A model generated the notes under the pieces. It saw nothing but the letters and a program-made list of their open reading frames with translations, ran no database searches and was not told where the DNA came from. A DNA stretch of 64,000 nt, from NCBI RefSeq assembly GCF_000143415.4, contig NW_003314333.1:1-64000 (forward strand). Reading direction: 5' to 3'. The first letter of the stretch is position 1, and each line of letters opens with the position of its first letter. Made by a program: the position numbers and the translations under genes. Positions 51,974 through 61,523 of the stretch are shown here, in pieces. This DNA is from Selaginella moellendorffii (taxonomy: Eukaryota > Plantae > Lycopodiophyta).

Positions 51974-53122
51974 TCTGGGCTTGTTCGTCAGGTCCGACAA
52001 GCACCTATGGGCAAACGTTAGTGTCCGGAGAGGCAGCTCCTTGTTCAGCCCTAGGACCACAGCTGAACGGTCTGACTCCTTGGAGATCTCCTGGCTTGGT
52101 TGTGTCTCTAAATGAGGGATTGTGAACTCACCTTCTAGTGAGGCTTCCATGTTGAGCCTGCAGGACAGAAGTGCATCCCCACTGGTGTTCTGTTCCCCTC
52201 TGTTTTTGGACATTCTGGGTGGGGCAAACTTGAGTTCTCCTGACCCATGTCCTGGCTTTGCTGCTGCTGCACGTGCTACTACTCTGGTGGTGACCCCTAA
52301 CCTGACCCTGGTGTGCCGCTCTTGGACTTCTGTGAGACAGCCAAACCTGTGGATCCCCTTGACGGTGAAAGTACTCGGGATGATTCCCCGCAAGCCTTCC
52401 TGACTTGTAACTGGCCCAAGACCCTCACGAAGCTCTTGAACTCTAGCCAGTGACCAAGCAAGTGGGTGAGGGGAAGTAGCTTTGTCCTCTCCACCACTCT
52501 CGGCGGGCACCTCATCTCTGGCGTGGCTTTTACTTCCAGCTTTTTCTAGGACCTGGCCATCCCCCAGCCCTGAAACATCCACCACTTCTATCCCATGGTT
52601 CTCATCCTCTGCTGGGTTGCTGCCTTGCGTGGCTCGCTTGCTGCCTTGCACACTAGTGTTCTGGCTGTTGATACAGAGGGCCCTTTCCTGTCCTGGCTTG
52701 CTGCTGTGTGTGTGCCAGAACCCCAACCTTGCAACAGTCCTTGTGGGAGTCGAATACTGAGGTCCCTACCTCGCCCTCCACGACTTTGAGAGCTCAGTTT
52801 GGTGGGCGTGGATGCTGTGATTCCCCTGTGGCTGTTCTCCATGCTGCTAACAGGAGAGTGAGTACACAGTAGAAACAAGAAAAGGGGAACAATGCTTCCC
52901 TGAATCTCACGGCAGAAGCCCCCGCCGACAGTAGCAAGTGTGGGGAGATTGCACGCTCTCCCCTGAGCGCTCTTCTACCTCAGGCTGCACCTCCGATCAT
53001 GGCAGCCATGGTGCTGGGTGCCTTCCACCACTTCCCCTCCAAAAAACGTCCAACATTAGGGTCCGCGCCACTGCGAAAAATCAATCTGGCGAGATCGCTG
53101 AACGTGTATGTACATTCCCCAT
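51974..53122 (-). mobile_element. Inverted 5' segment of LINE family C
   Basis: Reverse complement is homologous to 2455-3128 + 3719-4189. Confidence 0.88.
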
Positions 53123-53189
53123 GCGCACGGAGAATGAGGATTGCACAAAGTGGTGCCGCGATCTTGCCGGATTGTCGGGTACGAACGTC

Positions 53190-55404
53190 AATCCAGAAGT
53201 GGGGTCCCCGGAAACTCGGCTTGCCAGCGAGAGTGGTAGTCGCTAGGAGCATCATTCTGCCCGGCATCTGGTACCACCTCTCCATCTGGCCTGTTCCAGA
53301 ACGCACTCTTAGAAAGGTACGCACGATGGTCCGTCAGTATTTGTGGCGGGGCGCTCTGGTCACAGGGAGGAGCATGGCCAAGGTCGCGTGGCAATCTACA
53401 GCACGTCCGCGAGTCTTGGGAGGACTTGGAGTAATCGATCCAAGCGACATGGCGAAGGCGCTACGGTACAAAATCCTCCTCATGGGCCTTCAACCAGGTA
53501 ATCAACCTTGGAGACTCATGTTTAGGCAGAACTTGTTGGCAATCCGGCCCAAGCACAACACTGCAAGACCGTGGGAAGAAGATCCACGTTGGCTCTTTGC
53601 CGAGGGGCCGAAACAAGTAGTCAAGGGCGGCACTCTAGTCCAGGGGTTTCTTCGGTTATGGAGCACGTTTCCAGTCAGCAGGGAATTGCCAGGGCGAGCG
53701 GAGGACTGGCTGAACCAGCCCCTGTTCTTCAACGACCTCTTCAAACTGGATGACAGGACGCTGGGCAGGGAGGACCACTACACAATCTGGAGAAAGCTAC
53801 ATAGCGCAGGCTTCCGAACTCTCAAGCAGCTGGTGCGGGTTCTGGACAAGGACAGGAGGAAGACTACGAGGCATATGCAGGTCTTTAACCCGGGACGGTG
53901 GAGGAAAGTCCACCTTGATCTTCTTCGCATTATCAGAGCTGTGAGTGAGGCGAAGCAGGGGCAGCTCTGGCCTAGGCGTTGTCTCAAATCTGGAGACTTT
54001 GTGGCTCTGCAACGGGACGTGGAGCCAGACAGGGAACGAGTTAGCTTGGGGGCCTGGACACGGGCGTTTACGGCCCCAACACCAGCTTGGGAGGACAGGG
54101 ATGTGGAGGTATGGTTCGTTGTGTCTCCAGACCAAAATGTTGGGCGTCCTTTTCGAGTCTTGAGAGGCGACATGCTGTTGCCAGCAGGGGACGAACAGGT
54201 CATGCCGATGGTGACGGATGACGAGGTCAAGGGTAGGATTCGAGTAATACGACAGGCTCCGAAGCAGTCGGTGGTGGTTCAATCATTGGCAGCACTAGAG
54301 GGGGAAGGCATTCTTAGATGGTGGCGACAGCAGCTCATCGAGGATCTGGATTGGGACCCCGCAGCATGGAAACGAGGAGCGAGAAGCTTCTTCTCCTTCA
54401 GCGTCAAGGAAGCAAGGGATGGTCTCTTGACCGGCAGGGAGGAGGCCCGAGGGGAGATCCCCAAGCTCTGGAAGAAATGGATCGAGCAAGGAGTTGAAGC
54501 TAATCAGGTGGTGGGCAACACGCTTGCGTTCTGGAAACTACCGGTACAGGAGAAAGTCAAGGCCACCTCTTGGTTGGTGGCAAATAACGGGCTGCCGGTA
54601 GGACAGCGGTTCCAGGAAGAAGCATGCCGACGGTGCAAGGAGTGTGGCGAGCTGGAGACAACGCGACATGTCCTATGGGAATGTGACATGGCAAGAGAAG
54701 TTTGGCGACAGATCTTCAAGGCAACGCAGGAACTCGGCGACATTCCAGAGTTTGAGGCTCGGAGTGGGGATATCCTCCACTGGTTTGAGGGAGCTAGAGG
54801 CCCAGCCATTGGTCCAGCTTGGAGGCGTATTCGCTGCTACGGACGGCACCAATGGAACATGCGAGTCCGGTGGGACGTGACAGGGGCTGAAGTTGGGATG
54901 TCCATCTGGGAGGCGTTGGGCCATGAGCGCTGGTCCATTTGGAGGGCAACAAGACTGCAGGCACTTTGGGAGGCACGGAACCACTGTCGCTTTGATGGGC
55001 AGCAAGCGAGAATATCGGCAGTGGTGGTATCATGGTGGAGACTCACTCTTGCAGCGGTGCATCTTCACTACACCATCCTGAAAGAGCAGGCGAAACCGAG
55101 GCAGCTCGAGGAGTGGAGATCTAGGTGGCTCCCATGCTTCGGCAAATTGGGAGGTGGCGAGATTCGCTGGCAGTGGCGCCCCCCAGACTCTGTTCTAAGA
55201 TCAGCTCATGGGGGAGACTTGGACATCGACATGATTCGCTCGAGACGACCACGTCCACTTCTACTCCAGGACTAGGTCTAGCTGCGGCATATGAGGATCA
55301 CGTAGAGTAGCTCATTGAGAGGGCGGCATGCCAATTTTTTGTATTAGTCCCATTGGGACATGGGGAATGTACATACACGTTCAGCGATCTTGCCGGATTG
55401 TGGG
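53190..55404 (+). mobile_element. 3' part of LINE family C ORF2 (post-RT region and zf-RVT, open to TAG at 55273) plus 3' UTR
   Basis: KLGLPARVVVARSIILPGIWY, KVAW...GGLGVID, CKECGELETTRHVLWEC, LWEARN motifs; ~695 uninterrupted codons. Confidence 0.88.
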
Positions 55405-55408
55405 TCAG

Positions 55409-56978
55409 GAGCGCTGGTCCATTTGGAGGGCAACAGGATGGGAGGCTCAGAACCACTGTCGCTTTGATGGGCAACAAGCGAGAATATTGGCAGTGGTGGC
55501 ATCATGTGTAAGGAACCAACTCGCCGAGGTGTCATAGGCTAAAGGAACCCCGAAAGCATGACCAAAATGACAAAGAGTTCATCGGATGGGACCAAGTCGA
55601 AGATCGAGTCCAAGATCGACTCGGAGATCGAGTTCGAGATAGAGTCCGAAATCGAGTCCGAGGCCGACTCGGGGACCGAGTTTGAGACCGAGTTCGAGAC
55701 CAAGTTCGAGACGGAGTCCGAGATCCGAAATCGGGTCCGAGACCGAGTCCGAAGTCGAGTCCGAGGTCGGGTCCGAGATCGGGTCTGAGATCGAGTCCGA
55801 GATCGAGTCCGAGACCGAATCCGAAGTCGGATTCAAAATCGAGTCCGAGATCGAGCCAGAGACTAAGTCCAAATACTAATATGGGTCGAGGGGTGAAAGC
55901 CCAAAGCATGCGTCTCCCAGGGGGGGGGGGCTGCAGGGGGTTCCAAAAGTATAGTAGGGATAGTGAGGTCCAGGAACCAGTTTTGAAGGGACTCTCCAGT
56001 GGGGCTCCCAAACTGACTTGAGGTTGAGATTGGGACTGAGGGGCCTTGGGTGGGAGTGAGCATGGACTTGGCTGGTGCCAGAGGGGCCATCCAAGGAAGT
56101 GCTCAAGAGCAGCTCCCACTCCCGAATGGGAAACTAATTGCAGTGCTCCCGGCTCATGCGGAATGGTGCCCCACTTGAGTACCATGTGGCTCATTGGTCC
56201 TCGCCCTTCCTAGGGGCTTGGGCCTTCCTTCGGGATGGAAGTGGGGGGGTAGAGGTACCCATACCGGGCCACTAGGCCACGGTGTTTCGCCCCAGTGTCC
56301 CGAAGCAAGTGTTGCACTCAAGACTTGGGATTTAGAGGGTCCCATGATCAAGTCTTGTGGTACTAAGGGATGTTAGGAACCTGGAAGCTTGGTGTGCTTG
56401 GCTGCTTGTGCTTGCGGGGAGTGTAGCCGAACCTTAAGTCCAGTCTAACCCGGGGAGGGGGATTGCGAGTGATTTGGGAATCCATGGAAGGATGGCTAAC
56501 ACTCCGTTGCTCGTGTAGTGAGTAGCTGAAACCAAGTAGTAGCTGGTACCATAGGCGAGAACTTTGGCAAGGGAACTTAGCAAAAGCCAAGGTAGTGTTG
56601 GACGGATAGACGAGGTAAATTAGCAAATTGGAAGGGAAAAATTTGTGGCTTACATCATGGTGGAGACTCACTCTTGCAGTGGTGTGTCTTCACTACACCA
56701 TCCTGAAAGAGCGTGCAAAACCGAGGCAGCTCAAGGAGTGGAGATCTAGGTAGCTCCCATGCTTCGGCAAATTGGGAGGTGGCGAGATTCGCTGGCAGAG
56801 GCGCCCCCCGGACTCTGTTCTAAGGTCAGCTCGTGGGGGAGACTTGGACATCGACATGATTCACTCGAGACAACCACGTCCACTCCAGGACTAGGTCCAG
56901 CTGCGACATATGAGGATCACGTAGAGTAGCTCATTGAGAGGGCGGCACGCCCAATTTTTGTATTAGTCCCATTGGGAC
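55409..56978 (+). mobile_element. Second tandem 5'-truncated copy of the LINE C 3' end, interrupted by a solo LTR
   Basis: 55409-55506 + 56655-56978 duplicate 54925-55359. Confidence 0.88.
55507..56654 (+). mobile_element. Solo LTR (1148 bp, family Y)
   Basis: TGTAAG...CTTACA ends and perfect TSD TCATG (55502-55506, 56655-56659). Confidence 0.9.
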
Positions 56979-57064
56979 CATTGTCGAGACAGCATGATCG
57001 AGAGCAAGTAGAGGAGGCAAGGGAATGAATTTTCATTCATTCGTGAGCAAGGGAGAGGACAAGA

Positions 57065-57120
57065 GACAACCCGAGACCGGTTTCATCCTTTTTGGGACTC
57101 ATCAGCCAGATGTAGTTGTC
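57065..57120 (-). ncRNA. Minimal type I hammerhead ribozyme
   Basis: Minus strand: GACAAC-tacat-CTGG CTGATGA GTCC caaaaa GGAT GAAA CCGG TC^ TCGG-GTTGTC. It has the conserved core, stem II, a palindromic ACCGGT stem III and a bulged stem I. Confidence 0.85.
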
Positions 57121-57454
57121 TAGCATCTACCCTAACCCTAGCTCGGCATCGACTCTACTTATATTCTAGCTCTCTTACTTGGCACAAATCCATGTGGCAG
57201 CCATGCAAGGTGGTGTGGCAGCGTTGGCTCGCGAAGGTGCGAACGTAGAAAAGCTGGAGTGCATTACTCAGCAGCAGTGGTAGTCGCGGAGAATGACTTC
57301 AATGGATTGCCGAAGACAGTAAGCGTTTGTCTAGCAAGTGATGTACCTTTGACGCAAGATAACTTGTAAATGCGGCATTATATGATGCATGCATTACATC
57401 CACAATGCTTGTGTCATTTGTATGTACCCAGAGACGAAAAACAAGGTTCACTTT

Positions 57455-57945
57455 GCAGGGAATATTCTGAGAATATTCTAACGTTGACCGTTGATCCCTA
57501 AACCCTAAACTCGGTCAACAAAAAGACTGTCAAGGAATATTCGGGAATATTCCATTCTGACCGTTGACTTCGCGTTGACCGTGCGTTGACTCGAATGGGA
57601 GGTGGCCTGGAGTGACTGGTACGTACCCGAGGTCCCTAATCAGTCATGCAGAGACGCCCTTTGCCCGCAACATGTTGGCATGTGTGTCGTCGATGTCGCA
57701 TGGCACCATTATAAGATTCGCAAGCTTTCCAAGGTGTGGTGTTCATCGTTAGGAGATGAGACCAACGTAGTCACCCTTGGAAAGAGGTGCAGAATCAAAT
57801 GGTGTAGGCCTTGTTGACTCGGTCAACCATCTGACTGTTGGGGAATATTCAGGAATATTCTGGTTTTGACAGTAGACTGAGCGTTGACCGGGCGTTGACC
57901 GGTGGGGGACGACCTGAGGTGACTGGGACATACCTAGAGTCCGTC
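57455..57945. repeat. Degenerate ~310-bp repeat rich in GTTGAC and GGAATATTC motifs, with (CCCTAAA)2 at ~57496
   Basis: 57510-57635 is similar to 57818-57942. Confidence 0.65.
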
Positions 57946-58170
57946 AGCCAGACCCTGAAGGTCATCAGTTACGTGGAGGAGGATGCAAATGTATCCTTCC
58001 GTCTCTTGTAAAGCGCAGTAGAAGACATGGCTAAGCTCGCAAAGCGAGTTTAGCCCTGACCAGGAACAAACCGGGGTTCGGGAGGCATCTCCAGCATGTG
58101 ATCACTCAGGGGAGTGCATCTGCGAGAGCTTCATCCATCACCTATTTAGGGTTTAGGATGCCCCCCAAGC

Positions 58171-58700
58171 CTAGCTGCATGCTGTGAAGCATGTAGGGCA
58201 GCTTAAAGGCGAGGGTGGCCCGTTGACAAACGCTGCTAGTGCAGTGCAAACGTGCGAGGAGAGCTTGATGTCACTGGTTGTGGGAAATGCCGGAGAAGCA
58301 GTTTGGAGGAAGGAGATCGAGTATCCCCAGGCACGGAAGCAGTGGTAGAACCACGTGCGCATGGCATGGAATCCATTGGCCGTGCTCTTGCAGAGGAGGT
58401 ATCTCCGGAGCTCACTGTGGATGAATGCCACTTTCTGGTGCCATGGGTGAACCAATGTCCAGGGGAGGTACTGGCAGGCGTTGAGGGGCTTCTGGAACGT
58501 GGACGAGTCAAGGCAGCCTGTCTCTTCAAGGCAAGGGCCTTTGAAGAATTGGATATCGAGGAAATCCAACTCCTCGAGCGAGATCACCAGGATGATCTTG
58601 ATCGAGGGACATAGCGTGCCGTATCCTTGGAGCCATCGCTTGAGGCCTGCTCGTGTACCTGTCCAAGTGCTCACTCCGTCATCTATGTACCTCTGTGGAA
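58171..58700 (-). mobile_element. Penelope-like element reverse transcriptase fragment (palm end and thumb)
   Basis: RYIDD...LDFLDI...STFQKP..QYLPW..HPWHQKVAFIHSELRRY is the characteristic PLE RT C-terminal signature. No GIY-YIG motif is visible. Confidence 0.85.
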
Positions 58701-58974
58701 GGGTGATTTGTTGGTTGTGTTGAGGCACTCGTCGAGTCTGTGGGGACAGTGTTGAGTGTGGCATTGTGGACACTGGCTGCTGCTGTCAGTGGGACATGTG
58801 GGCCTGAATCGGACAGACCGCAGAGCAGAGCCAAGTGCAAAGGTGATGGTGGCTGCTGCGCTGGGCCAGGTCCTGGAGAGCATTAAGGCGAGAGGGCTCG
58901 CTGCTCTGTTCCAGTGGCAGGGGCTGGCCTGGGTGGCGATTGCATAGGATTTCTCCCTCCTCCATAGCCACAAG

Positions 58975-61050
58975 AAACAAAAAATCTAAGTGCTGGGACT
59001 TAGAATTTTTTGCACTCAGTGTTTGAGCGTTGTGGGCCACTAGATCAAGAGGATCTGATGGTGGAGGATAAGCAGGAGAGAAATGTGAACGGTTTTTGTT
59101 CTCCTATGGCAGATTAAGTGGATTCTTGGTAGTGTTGTGGCGATGTCTAGGCAGCTTGGGTGCTCTGAGTGGCAGGGAGCGTTCCCATTGGCATCTTTGG
59201 TGAACCTTTGGTGGTGCCAAGGCAACACACCAAAAGGGGGGGCAAAGAGCCTTTGTGAGGGATTTGCTGTGCCAGACCCAAGTCAGGTGAGCTGGGCTGC
59301 ACTAGATGCCAAAAAGACTGCTAAGTGGAGAGTTCAAGCTAGCTCCCAAACTCTTAGTGGCCGTGAGTAGCTCCAGGTGGGGATTTTTTGTGGCACTTTG
59401 GTGGTAGAATGCAGCGTGCAGAGGCCAATGCAAATGCCTGGCCTGGAGACATGCTGTGCCAAACCCATGTGAGGGGAGTGAGAGGCATCGTGGCTCGTTT
59501 CTCTGGATCCAGAGCCATGCTTGGAGTTGTCTTGGCTTGCCATTGGCTTGTCACTGGGGCATGGTCAAGACAGAAATGTCCTGCCGTGACTGCTCCTGCA
59601 AATGTGTCTCCCACAGCAGATTTTGGTGGATCACAGCAACTTTGTGGTGATGTCTGGGTGGCACAAGTACTCTCAACGACAGGGAGCAATCCCCTTAGCA
59701 TTTTTGGAGATCCCTTGGTGGTGCCGAGGCAGCAACCAAGGGGGGCCAAAAAGCCTTTGTGGGGCATTTGCTATGCCGGACCTGAGTCAGAGGAGCTGGG
59801 CCGCACTAGACGCCAGAAAAGCTATTGGGCATTTATGTAGGCCCCTGTGCACTGCACCTCACCGCCAGGATGCCACAGAAAGCCCTGCCTGGAGCCACTA
59901 AGAGTCTCGGAGCTAGCTCGGAAGAGAGAGGAGAGGGAAGCGTGAGTGGGCCTTTGCAATGGCTGTTGCTGTTGCAAAGGCTTCTCCCATGGCAGATTTT
60001 GGTGAGGCACAGCATTTCTATGGTGATCTCTGGGCGGTGTGGGTGCTCTATGTGGCAGGGAGCAGCTCCCTTGGCATTTTTGATGATCTCTTGGTGGTGG
60101 CAAGGCACTGGACCAAAAGGGGGCAAAAAGCCTTTGTGGGGAGTTTGCTGTGCCAGACACAATTCAGGGGAGCTGGGCTGCAGGAAACACCAAAGAGATT
60201 ACTGTGTCGAGAAGCCAAACTAATTCCCGGACTCTTAGTGGCAATGAGCATCTCCAGGCAGGGATTTTTTGTGGCACTGTGGCAGCAAGGTGCGGCACAC
60301 AGGGGCCAACGCAAATGCCTGGCTTGGAGACTTGCTGTGCCAGACCCTGGCGAGGGGAGAGAGGGGCAGCATGGCTGGTTTCTCTGAATCCAGAACCATG
60401 CTTGGAGTTGTCCTGGCTTGCCGTTGGCTTGATGTTGTGGCGTGGTCAAAACAGAATGCCCTGTCGTGACTGCTCCTTGCATCTTTCTCCTCCATAGCCT
60501 AAGTACGATTCAGGCTTGGACCACATGGACCGTTGGATCGGGAGATCTGACGGTGGAGAGGATGCTGGAGAAGCAGAGGCGGGCATTTGCAATTGCGGTT
60601 GCAATTGTGTCTCCCACGGCAGATTCTGGCAGATCACAGCAGCTTTGTGGTGATGTCTTGGTGGTGCGGGTGCTCTCAACAGCAGGGAGCAATCCCCTTA
60701 GCATTTTTGGAGATCCCTTGGTGGGGGGCCAAGGGGGGCCAAAAAGCCTTTGTGGGGCATTTGCTGTGCCGGACTTGAGTCAGGGGAGCTGGGCCGCACT
60801 AGACGCCACAAAAGCTGTTGTGTGGAGAGGCCGAGCTAGCTCCCAGACTCTTAGTGGCGGTTAGCAACTCCAGGCAGGGATTTCTGTGGCGTCCTGGCGG
60901 TGAGGTGCAGCGCGCACAGGGACCTACGGAAATGCCCGGCCTGGGGACTTGCTGTGCCAGACCCGTGTGCAGGGAGTAAGGGGCATCATGGCTGGCTTCT
61001 CCTGTCCCAGAGTCATGTATGGAGTTGTCTTGGTTTGCTGTTGGCACCAG
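58975..61050. repeat. Four degenerate ~400-600 bp tandem units (satellite or non-autonomous element)
   Basis: Motif cctttgtg.gg..tttgct.tgcc recurs at ~59250, 59754, 60131 and 60747. A reverse-complement fragment is at 37836-37920. Confidence 0.8.
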
Positions 61051-61523
61051 GCGGTGCGGGGAGGCGCTAGGCAGGGCGCAGCGGCTCTGGGTGGCATGTG
61101 GCGGCCCTGAAAGGCGTGCGGCGGTGCTTGGCGCTGCTGGGCACCGCGTAGCGTCGTGCGGTGGTGCCTGGCGCAGCGGGGCACTGCTGGGCAGCGCTGG
61201 TGGTGCTGCTGGGCAGCGGCTGGCCGGGACGCAGTGCTAACGGGCTGGGCCACGACGAGCCACAGGGCTGGCGCTTTGGGCGGCGAGTGCTGGCCCAAGT
61301 GCTCGCTGTGGCGGTCGCTGGAGGCCGGCCGTGGCACGGCTGGCTGGCCGGCTGGAGCAGCAGCCGCAGCAGCTGCTGGTGTTGGCAGGCCGCGGGCTGT
61401 TGCAGTGGCTGGCGCTGCCTGCGTCGGCTGCTGCTGCTGCTGCTGGAGCAGCTGGCTGTGGTGACCTGGGCCGTGGCGTGCTCAAGGCGTAGCTGGCATG
61501 CTCACGTAGCTTCCTCTCCATTG

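Noticed and set aside
52999-53189. N-terminus of the 758-aa ORF as a real protein start
   Set aside because: It is read from the antisense LINE 5' piece and filler DNA; LINE homology starts only at ~53190.
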